In this document: positions 11,969 to 29,452 of the stretch, in pieces | How positions within the stretch are numbered: position 1 is the stretch's first letter | Layout of the letters: the number at the start of each line of letters is the position of its first letter | Source: Tubulanus polymorphus | Lineage: Eukaryota; Animalia; Nemertea | Assembly: GCF_964204645.1 (NCBI RefSeq) | Contig: NC_134031.1 | Location: 18,979,910 to 19,043,909, forward strand | DNA: 64,000 bases | Direction of reading: 5' to 3' | Program-made: the position numbers and the translations under genes | The notes under the pieces: generated by a model | The model's input: the letters and a program-made list of their open reading frames with translations, nothing else | Told to the model about the DNA's origin: nothing | The model's database searches: none

Positions 11969-13184
11969 ATGTCGACTAACTGTAATACTGCAGAGCAGCA
12001 CCCGACTCTGCATCAGATCCCTGGCCAATACGAGATCGTCGAACACGGATTTATCGGAGGAGCTTTATTGCCCAAAGAAATGCTTGAGAAACTTCGCAAT
12101 TTCGAAGTCTTCGAAGACGATTGTTTTGTGGCCACCTATCCGAAAACTGGTGAGTTTCGAATTTAAACTGCATCAGCATTTCAACGTGAAATGGTTTACA
12201 TATTTGAAATTTAACATGAAGTTTACCATATACAAGGATTTCCCATAAGAGGCAAAATCTAGTTCCCCAGTTGTGTCTTTTATCTGGATAACGACTCGGG
12301 ACTTAAGTTCACTTGATTTCTAGATATCCTTATTGTTACGTGATGTATAGATAAGAATTACCGCAGCTATCTTACAAATCACGTTTCTTTACAGGGGCCA
12401 ATTTGACAAAAGAAACGGTGTTTTTGATTAACCAAAACGGAAGCGATGAAGTTGCCAGACGAAAAACAATCCAAGATAGATGTCCTTTCATCGACCACAG
12501 GGGGTTTTCACTGGTCGAGAAGTTGCCTCGTCCACGAGTTTTACACAGTCATATGCCATTTGATATGTTCCTGATACAAGCAATAGAAAGGAACGCCAAA
12601 ATTATCTACGTCTTGAGAAATCCTAAAGATACTTTAGTTTCGTTTTATCACTTCTACAAGTCGTGTAGTGTTTTTGGTAATTTTCCAGGTACACCCACCA
12701 TGCTAATTTTATAGTTGAATCAGTCTAAACATTGCATCAACCTGAATTCTATTCATTTTCAGGTTCATGGGATGATTTCTTCCAACTTTTCTTGCATAAG
12801 AAATTGTTCTGCGGAGATTTCTACGACCACGTTTTGAGTTGGTGGAACCAGCGACATCGCGATAACATTCTATTCCTGAAATATGAAGATATGGTCACCG
12901 ACCCGAAATCAAACATTCTGAAAATCTGCGCCTTCCTCGGTAAAACTCTGTCTGACGATAAAATCGATAATATCATCAAACAGACGAGTTTTGAAAGTAT
13001 GAGAGACAATCCGATGACTGATTACAGCCAATTAAAAGAACAGGATAACAAAATATGTCCGTTTATGCGCAAAGGAAAAATTGGAGACTGGAAAAACTTT
13101 TTTACAGACGAGCAATGTAAAATCATTGATAAAATTCACGAGAATCGTTTGGCTGAAACTGGTCTCAGTTTTCAATTCGAATGA
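11969..13184 (+). CDS. Cytosolic sulfotransferase (SULT1-like), copy 1
   Basis: Exons 11969-12149, 12395-12688 and 12763-13184. Has the PSB loop TYPKTG, catalytic His (LHSH), RNPKDTLVS and RKGKIGDWK motifs. Confidence 0.92.
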
Positions 13185-14379
13185 TTTACGTAAACGCGCA
13201 AGGATGAAATTTCACAGTTTAAAACTAGAATAAAACTAGCTCGCTATGATAATTATAATGATGAGAATTCATGATTATCAACTTGTCTGAGGTAAACTGA
13301 TTGATTGTCCACTAATAATGCGTAGCTGAGCTGTGAATTCAGTATTTTTCTGTGTATTCTTGAGTCCTGCTTTCTTGCTATATATAAGTTAACTAATAAT
13401 TTCATTCTCTGTCGTTCCAGTGCATATCTCGATATATACTATACATAGAAGATGAATCAAATCTAAGAAAAAACATTTTATTCGCGTATTTTCAAAACTT
13501 ACACTACCGGCAATAAAATTGAATATATTATGAATATCTATGAATGAATGATAAAAAATCGTATTATTTCGATTTCGTCGGACTTTTTTGACAGTTTTAT
13601 TTATACGGGAATTACAGCGTTTCGTGTACAAAAAAATTCCCCGAGACAGGGAGCTCTTTTCTATTGTGTAGTTCATCCCCGATTATGTTTAAGGTCAAGG
13701 CTATCGTATTACCGCGGACGCGCACCGATGACTGAGCGGAGACTTTAAGAAAAAAAACAATTCATCAAACATAACTTTCAGTAAAATACAAGAACGAACA
13801 ATGAAAGTAGGGCAGGCAACGGCGGAATAGTCATTATATGTCTGGATTTCAGTGGTCCAAGATTTTTAAAATAAATTTTGAAAACTTTTAAAATAATGTT
13901 ACGTGAAATTGACTGTTGAAACTTGAATAGAACCTTCATTGCACGTATAAATACATTCGTAAACAAAGCCGGTTCCTGAAAAACAAGTTTTTAGCAATTG
14001 TATCCATAAATCATCACGGTGAATAGAATATCGGAATCCAGCAAAGATTGCGAACAACAAATTTCACCAATACCTGATTCTGTTTCTTCATCGATACGGC
14101 AACCATTCTATCGTCTGTCAAAGTATCTCTTAGTAAATGAACAGAAATAAATTCGAGAGGTCTATACGTCATATCATAGAACTAAAATCAAATCAATTGC
14201 GGAGACTAAAACGTCACTTAATACTATTAAAATTTCAATATAGCAATTATAACATGTCTGTTCATATTGTCGATGACCTACATACATAAACTTTACGAGC
14301 TAACATCATTTGATTTAACATACATTGAAATTCATATTTTTTTCTCCATTAATTCGCTTCATTTGATCGACCTGGTGCA

Positions 14380-15623
14380 ATGTCGACTGACTGTACTTAT
14401 ACTGCAGATGGAAAGCAATCCTCGACTCTACATCAGATTCCTGGCCACTACGAGATCGTCGAACACGGATTTGTCGGAGGATATATAACGCCTCCGGATA
14501 TTCTCGGAAAAATTCGCAATTGCGAAGTTTTCGAAGACGATTGTTTTGTGTCCAGCTATCCGAAAACTGGTGAGTTTCATATACACATTTCAGTAGTATT
14601 CTAATGTAAAAAGGCTTATTGAAAATTGAGAATGAAGAAAAAACCATAAGCAAGCATCTCTTATGAAAGGTAAAAGTTCCACACTTGTGTTTTAAACCTG
14701 GAACGTAACAATTCAGAACTACATTCGAAAGTTTACTTAATTTCTAGATATCTTAATATTACAAAGTCAAACGAAAGACTACCGTAACTAACTAGCAAAT
14801 CTGGTGATGTTTCACAGGGACCACTCTCTCAAAAAAGAAACGGTGTTTTTGATTTATGAAAACGGAAATGATGAAGTTGCCAGACAAAAACCAATGCACG
14901 AAAGATGTCCCTTCATCGACACACCCGAGTGGTTTCCATTGGCCGGGAAGTTACCTAGACCACGCGTTATGAGCTGTCATATGCTGTTTGACATGTTCCC
15001 GATTCAAGCAATTGAGGGAAAGGCTAAGATCATCTACGTCATGCGAAATCCTTAAGATACTTTAGTTTCGTATTATCACTTCTACAAGTCGTGTAATACT
15101 CTTGGTAATTTTCCAGGTACCTAATACTCCCACCATGTTGATAATTGCATAGCAGAATGTGGTCTAAATGCTGTATCAAACTAACTTCCTTTTATGTTTA
15201 GGTTCATGGGATGATTTCTTCCAACTTTTCTTGCATAAGAAAATATTCCTCGGAAATTTCTACGACCACGTTTTGAGTTGGTGGAACCAGCGACATCGCG
15301 ATAACATTCTATTCCTGAAATATGAAGATATGGTAACCGACCCGAAATCAAACATTCTCAAAATCTGCGCCTTCCTCGGTAAAACTCTGTCTGACGATAA
15401 AATCGATAATATCGTAAAACAGACGAGTTTTGAAATTATGAGTGACAATCCGATGACTAATTTTAGCCAATCACCGTACCAGGATAATAAAATATTCCCT
15501 TTTATTCGTAAAGGCAAAATTGGGGATTGGAAAAACTTTTTTACAGACGAGCAGTGTAAAATCATTGATATATTCATGAGGATCGTTTGGCTGGAACTGG
15601 TCTCAGTTTTCAATTCGAATAAT
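14380..15623 (+). pseudogene. Cytosolic sulfotransferase copy 2, disrupted
   Basis: Exons 14380-14569, 14818-15116 and 15202-~15623 are homologous to the neighbouring copies but carry three lesions: a +2 frameshift at the start of exon 2 (~14827-14836), an AAA>TAA stop in RNPK (15053-15055) and a 1-nt deletion near 15570. Confidence 0.85.
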
Positions 15624-16469
15624 CTACGTTAACGCACAATTGTGGAAAACACTCTTCAACATAACTAGCTCACTTATAAAAATGATTATACTTATGATTT
15701 CATTGTCTATAGCGACTGATGTATCCCATTCAATAAATCACACACAAACGAAAGATACCAAATATGATAAAACATTTATACGTGAATATTTAATGTGAAT
15801 ACAATTGCAGCAAAATAAAGTTATCTAATAGTAAACAAAATCCGTTTTGAAAGAATAGATACTCTTTAATAAGATCAGCCAATATCATAGCGATTTCTTA
15901 TATAGAAATAAATAACTATCTAATATCGGACAAATATCTGATTATTCTATGAATTAGGAACCGGCGGAACAGTGTCGAGTTTGAGGACAAAAAATGATCA
16001 GTTGCAGTTAAATCTCATCGTAGATCAACATCTTAATCATGTTTAAGCTGAGAATGAAAAGATGATACATTCCAAATTATGAATTTCTGACGATGCTCTG
16101 TCAGTTGAAGTCACGTCCGAATAAATATCCAGCCAGGCACAGATGAATAAAACATGATGTATCTATAACATTGATGCGTGACAATTGAATTAATGGTTCA
16201 TGAATTATCTGATATTGTAGAATTCATTTCAATCCCTTTTTAATGGCGAGCTTTAAATAATGCTCAATTATGCGATCGCATTAGATTTAGATTTGCAATT
16301 TTCAACCGACCTCTGATATAGTTTCAACTAATTTGTTCGCCTGAATAATATAACATCCATGCTTTGCCAGATATTTAGTTTTACATAAAATATGGTTATC
16401 GTTATTACGGCCGTATTAGGTACATATTAATTTTATTTTCTCCATTTGTTCAGCTTTTTATATGTCACC

Positions 16470-17553
16470 ATGTCGACCAGTTGTGCTGATACTGCGGATA
16501 ATAAACAGTTCTCGACTCTGTGGAAGATTCCTGGCCAATTCGAGATTGTCGAACACGGATTTATCGGAGATTGTTCTACGTCTCCAGACCATCTCAACAA
16601 AGTTCGCAATTTGGAAATTTTCCGAGATGATTGTTTTGTGGTCAGCTATCCTAGAACTGGTGAGTTTCAAATTCTTTCTTGCCATGGGAGCTGCCGTGCA
16701 GTACCTTTTGCCACCGCTAAATTAACAAATTCTGGTGATGTGTTGCAGGGACCACTTTGACACAAGAAACGGCGTTTTTGATTAATTACAACGTAAATGA
16801 TGAAGTTGCCAGACAAAAACCAATTCAAGAGAGATCCCCATACATCGATACGATTAAATGTTTTCCATTAGCCGAAAAGATGCCTAGACCACGATTAATG
16901 AAAAGCCATCTGCCGTTTGACATGTTCCCGATTCAGGCAATTGAGGGAAAGGCTAAGATCATCTACGTCATGCGAAATCCTAAAGATACTTTAGTTTCGT
17001 ATTATCACTTTTACAAGTCGTGTAAAAGTCTTGGTAATTTTCCAGGTACGTAGTATATACCAGCCATGTTGATAATATCATAGTTCAATTGGTCTAAACA
17101 TTGTATCGACCTGAATTCTATTGATTTTCAGGTTCATGGGATGATTTCTTCCAACTTTTCTTGCATAAGAAATTGTTCTGCGGAGATTTCTACGACCACG
17201 TTTTGAGTTGGTGGAACCAGCGACATCGCGATAACATTCTATTCCTGAAATATGAAGATATTGTCACCGACCCGAAATCAAACATTCTCAAAATCTGCGC
17301 CTTCCTCGGTAAAACTCTGTCTGACGATAAAATCGATAATATCGTAAAACAGACGAGTTTTGAAATTATGAGAGACAATCCGATGACTGATTACAGCCAG
17401 TTAAAAGAACAGGATAACAAAATATGTCCGTTTATGCGCAAAGGAAAAATTGGAGACTGGAAAAACTTTTTTACAGACGAGCAATGTGAAATCATTGATA
17501 ATATTCACGAGGATCGTTTGGCTGGAACTGGCCTCAGTCTACAATTCGAATAA
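16470..17553 (+). CDS. Cytosolic sulfotransferase (SULT1-like), copy 3
   Basis: Exons 16470-16659, 16749-17045 and 17132-17553 with an intact frame. Motifs SYPRTGTT, KSHLP, RNPKD, RKGKIGDWK. Confidence 0.92.
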
Positions 17554-18229
17554 TTAACTTGAAAACGTTGGTGAAATCTTACACTCTCTCAAACACTGTT
17601 CAACACAACTAGCCCCAATAAGCTTTTATTTTCTATAGTGCGCTTCATGGGTTTCAGCACGATTTACATATCATCTCATTATATTGCACAATTGAATAAA
17701 ACAAAATTTGACAAAACATTGTGGTTTTGGAGAAACAAAATTGATTTCGTGTTGACAAACATCGATCTCAAATCATTCAAGCACTCATGCTTTTATTCTG
17801 AACGAAGTCATTCATCTCGTTGAAGCTGAGATGGAAAACGACAATATGCAATAGATCGTGAATTTCTGACTTAGCTCCGTCAGTTGGAAAACAAAACCCT
17901 GGTTCAAAACAGTATGGTCTATACGCTATGTCCAGTCAGGTAAGGTCCACCGAAATAAATGATAATGTTTAATACCTACAATGTTGATGATATACAAGCA
18001 TTCATTTACAACTATATTTGATTACCAAATCCATGAATCATTGGATTATCTGAACTTAGTTTCATAGGTAATGAATCGAGATATCGTACTTTCCGAACGG
18101 ATTTTTCTGATTCTATTGACCCATTCAGGATTGAGTTTTATTTTACTGAAACAACTGAGTTGACGAATAGATTGTTCGATTTATAGTATATGATAAATGA
18201 CATAACTCCATTCGTAGCCAATACTTTGT

Positions 18230-18390
18230 CTGCTCGGGATTGGTCGTCGTGTAAAGTAGCACCGATAGAACGAAAATACATTCTTAGCAGAGACCCGGAT
18301 GACAGAATTACTGAAACTGCCAATACCAGGCAAACACTAACATCAGCAGCAATATAATCAATAAACCACCATACAGATAGATGGATCGGG
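18230..18390 (-). pseudogene. Possible degraded GPCR fragment (TM3 region)
   Basis: The minus-strand ORF segment WWFIDYIAADVSVCLVLAVSV...YFRSI resembles TM3/ICL2 of invertebrate peptide-receptor-like GPCRs but lacks the E/DRY motif. Confidence 0.3.
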
Positions 18391-18743
18391 AGCTTGGGTA
18401 TTATGCCTTCAGTTCCACTGGTCAAAGATTCAACTCACTCAGCGCTTATCGTTTACAGACATACACCAGTCTATATACTCAATACTGTTTTCACAATTGA
18501 AGGTATTTGTAATTTTCTACCCCTATACGTTAGTTATGTCAGCCACTATGTATTCATCGGATTAACTATGATATTTAACTATGCATTTGTGACGTATATG
18601 CTGTTGCACTTTCGTGACCCATTATAGCATAATGAAATACGTAGCGTTAAGATATGATAACCTCGATATAAACACCGACTTTGCATGACACATTATGTTC
18701 ATTTGATTTTCTCCGTTTGTTCTTCAGCTTTTTAACTGTCGCC

Positions 18744-20112
18744 ATGTCGACTAACTGCACTGGTACTGCAGATGATGAGCAGTTCTCGACTCTGCATCAG
18801 ATTCCTGACCAATTCGAGATCGTCGAACACGGATTTATCGGAGGGTATTTTACGCCTCCAGAAATTCTCGACAAAGTTCGCAATTACGAAGTCTTCGAAG
18901 ACGATTGTTTTGTAGCCAGCTATCCGAAAACTGGTAAGTCTCAGAAATCCTCGCTTGTCAGGTTAGTGGTTCCAGTACGATGAGGAGAGAATCCCACAAT
19001 GATAATAAAAAGTCCGAAAATGAAACTTCGAGATAGTAGTTTATTTCAACGCTTCGACTATATCCTAATAGTCATCTTCAGGAATAATGTTACCATTATT
19101 ACCATTATTCCTGAAGATGACTATTAGGATATAGTCGAAACGTTGAAATAAACTACTATCTCGAAGTTTCATTTTCGGACTTTTTATTATCATTGTGGGA
19201 TTCTCTCCTCATCGCGTCAACGATATTGTGTTCTACCTATCGTGATGGTTCCAGTACCTTGTCGGTCTGCTGTCGAGTGTGATGCCGTTAAGCGTGATTT
19301 TTAACAGGGACCACTTTGACACAAGAAACGGTGTACTTGATCTATCACAACGGAAATGATGAAGTTGCCAGACAAAAACCAATACACGAGAGATTTCCTT
19401 ACATCGATACTAATGAACTTTTTCCATTAGCCGAAAAGATGCCTAGACCACGTTTAATGAAAAGTCATCTGCCGTTTGACATGTTCCCGATTCAGGCAAT
19501 GGGAGAGAAGGCTAAGATTATCTACGTCATGCGAAATCCTAAAGATACTTTAGTTTCGTATTATCACTTTTACAAGTCGTGTAAAAGTTTTGGTAATTTT
19601 CCAGGTACGTAGTATATACCAGCCATGTTGATAAAATCATAGTTCAATTGGTCTAAACATTGTATCGACCTAAATTCTATTCATTTTCAGGTTCATGGGA
19701 TGATTTCTTCCAACTTTTCTTGCATAAGAAATTGTTCTGCGGAGATTTCTACGACCACGTTTTGAGTTGGTGGAACCAGCGACATCGCGATAACATTCTA
19801 TTCCTGAAATATGAAGATATGGTCACCGACCCGAAATCAAACATTCTCAAAATCTGCGCCTTCCTCGGTAAAACTCTGTCTGACGATGAAATCGATAATA
19901 TCGTAAAACAGACGAGTTTTGAAATTATGAGAGACAATCCGACGACTAATTTTAGCCAAACGCATTATCAGGATAATAAAATATGTCCTTTTATTCGTAA
20001 AGGAAAAATTGGAGACTGGAAAAACTTTTTTACAGACGAGCAATGTAGAATCATTGATAAAATTCATGAGGATCGTTTGGCTGAAACTGGCCTCAGTTTT
20101 CAATTCGAATAA
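18744..20112 (+). CDS. Cytosolic sulfotransferase (SULT1-like), copy 4
   Basis: Exons 18744-18933, 19308-19604 and 19691-20112 with an intact frame. Motifs SYPKTGTT, KSHLP, RNPKD, RKGKIGDWK. Confidence 0.92.
18967..19257. mobile_element. Penelope-like element (PLE) remnant: inverted pLTR-like repeat with a tail and a target-site duplication
   Basis: Inverted arms of about 112 bp (18978-19089 and 19103-19214) with one mismatch, followed by a 31-bp unique tail. The 12-bp direct repeat TGGTTCCAGTAC lies at 18967-18978 and 19246-19257. The arm contains CTGAAGA...GAAACGTT. The insertion is absent from the paralogous intron of copy 3. Confidence 0.75.
19103..19152 (+). ncRNA. Minimal type I hammerhead-ribozyme-like motif of the PLE type
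   Basis: TTATTC-CTGAAGA-T-GACTAT(taggat)ATAGTC-GAAA-CGTTG-AAATAA. This gives the CUGANGA and GAAA core boxes, a 6-bp stem II, a palindromic AACGTT stem III and a TTATT/AATAA stem I. Confidence 0.55.
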
Positions 20113-21257
20113 TGCTTAAACAGTGTTTATAACATATTCACTCTATTGTAAGTCTTTTCGTTCAACGCCCGCTGTAATTGATGCGTGTTGAGATGAATAA
20201 ACAGGTACATCTTTATTCGATGATTGTTTCAATGAAGAAAAAAAACCGTATTATTTGCATGCCACAGTAGAAATAGTGCGCTGCACGAAATTTTTACTTT
20301 ACTTTACTTTACTTAAACTTTTATTCCAACTCAAAGCACGTACATTGAGGATAGATTATAATTCATATAACAGATAAAATTCCTTCTACAAAAATTCATG
20401 AATGGAATACACGCTCGTAGAATACATTGATATACAGATGGCGTCCGAAAAAAATCAAATTAAGAATATACCAAAAACTCTAAAGCAATGAACTTGACGA
20501 ATAGATAACATTCACACGGAACGTACGTAGATTCTATTGAAGGTGGGAAAACAAGGTCGAATATAATAAATTATGTCTGCACATAGATGACACTTGTAGT
20601 CTTGATGAATATTGGGGGACCTGAAAGTGTCTAAACAAAGTCTGTACAACAGATCCATTGGGTTGAATCGTTGGATTTTCAAACTTCATTCAATTCTAAC
20701 TTTCTGGTTCGGCATTATCTTATTCAGTTATATTTATATAATGCATTTTACACAATAACCATTTCACAAATCAGAGAACATTGCACTCGAATTGATTTTC
20801 ACTTTGCGATGGAAAATAAATTCACCAAGTTAATATCATCTCCAATGAATGATGAATAGCTGATGCGGCCTTTAATGAGACTTTATTTAATCATACATAT
20901 CTGACTGCACGGATTTCAATCACGTTGTTTTACCAAATTGTTCATTGAACTTCCCAGATATCTAAAGGTAAAGGCAGACAAAGGATCTCGTGGAATCATG
21001 AATTTTAGTCAGATGCAAATAGACCTGGTGGCAGTAACATCGCTCTGATGTCAGTAGAGAACGAGTCTGTTTCCGCAACGAATGATGACTAGCCGTGACC
21101 ATAAAGACTTGATTATTATATCGCTGTGTGGATTTCAGTGACATTAAATTGTTTTACCAGCAATACGTATTTGTTGTTCACACAGCAGCATCCCTTGCAG
21201 TCACCCCGAATTTACCGGATATCTAAGGTACAAGCAGACAAAGCATCTCGTGGAATC

Positions 21258-22211
21258 ATGAATCTTAGTCAGAAGCAAATAGCTAGACCCGGTGCCAGTT
21301 ACATAGTTTTGATGTCTGTGGAGAACGAGTCTGGTATCCACCGTACTGTTTCATTGCTCATTCCCATTATCGTATTCTTGTTAGGAGCCTTCGGAAATTC
21401 AGCTACTTTCCTGATAATGTCAAGTCGTAAATTTCGCAATTTATCTTATGCTAACTATCTAATCGTTTTGTCAATCAGTGACTTTCTGGTTTGTCTCAGT
21501 TTTACACTGATGCCTGTTTTACAGTTTGCTCTCTTGCATTTGGACATCGGCCCAATATTCATGATGAATTCACTGATCGGTTGTCAAATCTACGAATTTC
21601 TGATAAATTCCATGGGCGTCAATAGTACGTGGTTATTAGTAGCGATATCTCTAGAACGTGCGGCAGTTGTGCTCTTCCCGTTCACATCTCGTTTGATTTG
21701 TACACCGAGATTCGCGCGATGCATCATTTTTATCATCTTCATCATGAATGCATTAATAGTTGGTGTTCCCTCAACAATAATCATGCGTTTCTCCGACCTG
21801 TTTTTCGGATGTTACCAGGAGTTGTTGGATCAATTCATGCTTTATTCTGTATTCATAGTCCACGGTTGTATCCTGCCTTTGACTTTGATTATCATATCAA
21901 ATTCTGTTATCATAATTCAGTTATTCAGAGGTTCGAAAATAGTAGTTTCGTCCGATCAGAAATCGACAAAAGCAAAACGTACAACAATAATGCTTGTAAC
22001 AGTTTCACTCGCATTTGCAGTGTTTACACTTCCAAACACTATTACTTTATTTTTACCAATCACAAGTGAAAAGAGAAATTTTCTTGTACGAATTTTCTCT
22101 CGGTTCGAACAGTGTAATTATATTGTCAACTTTTACATATATCTTTTACTGGGACGAGAAATTCGTGAATATTTCTGTGGAAAAATCTGCTGTAGAAATT
22201 CAGTCCAATAA
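21258..22211 (+). CDS. Intronless rhodopsin-family (class A) GPCR, peptide-receptor-like orphan
   Basis: Seven hydrophobic segments. GN in TM1, LSISD in TM2, Cys at the top of TM3 then SLERA (DRY equivalent), LP in TM5, TLP in TM6, NFYIY in TM7 and a CC tail. ATG at 21258 within ORF 21126-22211. Confidence 0.88.
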   Translation: MNLSQKQIARPGASYIVLMSVENESGIHRTVSLLIPIIVFLLGAFGNSATFLIMSSRKFRNLSYANYLIVLSISDFLVCLSFTLMPVLQFALLHLDIGPIFMMNSLIGCQIYEFLINSMGVNSTWLLVAISLERAAVVLFPFTSRLICTPRFARCIIFIIFIMNALIVGVPSTIIMRFSDLFFGCYQELLDQFMLYSVFIVHGCILPLTLIIISNSVIIIQLFRGSKIVVSSDQKSTKAKRTTIMLVTVSLAFAVFTLPNTITLFLPITSEKRNFLVRIFSRFEQCNYIVNFYIYLLLGREIREYFCGKICCRNSVQ

Positions 22212-23956
22212 CCATTGATTTCAAGTTAGATTCGTTCATATATGATACTTCTAAAGCCAGGGTCGCCTTCTTAAAAACAAGAAGATACCTTGGACCTGTC
22301 ATACACTGCCATGAGATGAAGCATGGACAGTGGAGAGTACTGTTACATTTCAATGTTCACTCCTCGAACTTCACTCCATTCTAACTAGCATATTATCTTA
22401 TTTAGTTACACTTATTCACAAACTTATTTCACAAACCTGAAAAGGTTAAATTCTAAGTTTATTTAATCTCCAACGAATGATGAATAGCTGTAACTGTAAA
22501 TAAGACTTAATCATACACATCTGTGTGGATATCAGCAACGCGGCCCAGGAGCGGATTTAAAACAGAGACCGGTAACCAGTCTAATTGACGAGGACAGGCA
22601 ACCAGTCTAGTGGTGAGCTAAGATATACTCACATGCCACTATAGGAATTTTTCGCTGGGTAGTTAGTTTACATATTTACCGCCCATGTTTTTTCTAGGGG
22701 CAGCACTTGACGGTCAAAATCTGACACCACACTAGCGGCGCGGAATCAACCGACGAATATAGCGCAATTCTTGACATGAAACAAAATCGTCAATTTGACA
22801 GAGAATCTCTTTTTAAATAACTATCTGTAATATCAAATATAGCTGTAGGTAAAAAATCTTTAACAAGTTTTAAGAAATAGTTTATATTCCGTTTTTGGTT
22901 TTTTTATTACTAAGAATTCTTCACACAATGTTTTAACACATTTCTCACACGTGACAAAACAAACAAACAAACAAATCATAACAAAATAAAATCGGTTTTT
23001 AAGCACTTCATAGAACAAAAATACGTATCTAAAACAATGCTTTCAGTTTTGCGCGAAGGCTTAAAACTAGTCAGTAACCGGTCTGTGGTTTAGTTCACGA
23101 TCGGATATTTTCAAATAAGCCCATCCGATTAAGTTTAGGTCACTAACTAGTTTAAAACATGATTTCAGAATGATTGAATGATTGTTTGAAGCTCCATTAC
23201 CAAAAGAGTGTCACTTCTTTAAGTACTAACTATGAAGTCCACACGGTTATGTACTTAATACCTTCACTGAAGCATAATCAAGTCACTTGTGATATGAAAT
23301 TAATACAATCAAATAATTGTTAAATGATACAAGCAGTAGACTATATGGAGGTAATATATCTGTATATTTCAATCATTATCTTAATACTTTGATTCAAGGC
23401 TACCTGAGCCAGGAAGTACATTCGAATATTTTTTGCAAGGGCAACTTTTAACTCAGGGTCCAGCTACACTCAAGGCTTGGATTTGAGACTGGTCAAAGTC
23501 CATCTCTGAGTTCTATAACTAACCAATCTCATAACTTAAGACAAAACATTTAACCACAGTCTTATGGACTAGTAGTCAAGCCCTGAGGTCAGCAGAAACC
23601 AAAATTTAATAGCGCTTAAACCGTGGATGTTAATGAGTAAATACAAGTATTCGAAATCACTCTTATTGGGGAATAACCTAGACACAGAACTTAGATCGGT
23701 GGTTTGAGAACTGTCATAGACTGATAAAATAGTAATCACAATTTCACACGTGGCAGTAAAACGTGCCGAACTTCACTGCAATTTCCTTCCCTTCACCCAT
23801 AGTTACAATACTCTACAATATAATGAACTACTTGAGAATTAAGTCCGAGCTAAACGAGGTTTACTGTGGAAATGATTAAAATCACAGAAACCAGCGCGAT
23901 CTCAAACACAGGTAGTATCCATTCATCTATTGTTTTCACCGAGATAAACCGACGTT

Positions 23957-29452
<5,496 letters not shown>

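Noticed and set aside
21629-22069. 146-aa ORF overlapping the GPCR in another frame
   Set aside because: No motif or independent start context; a chance open frame.
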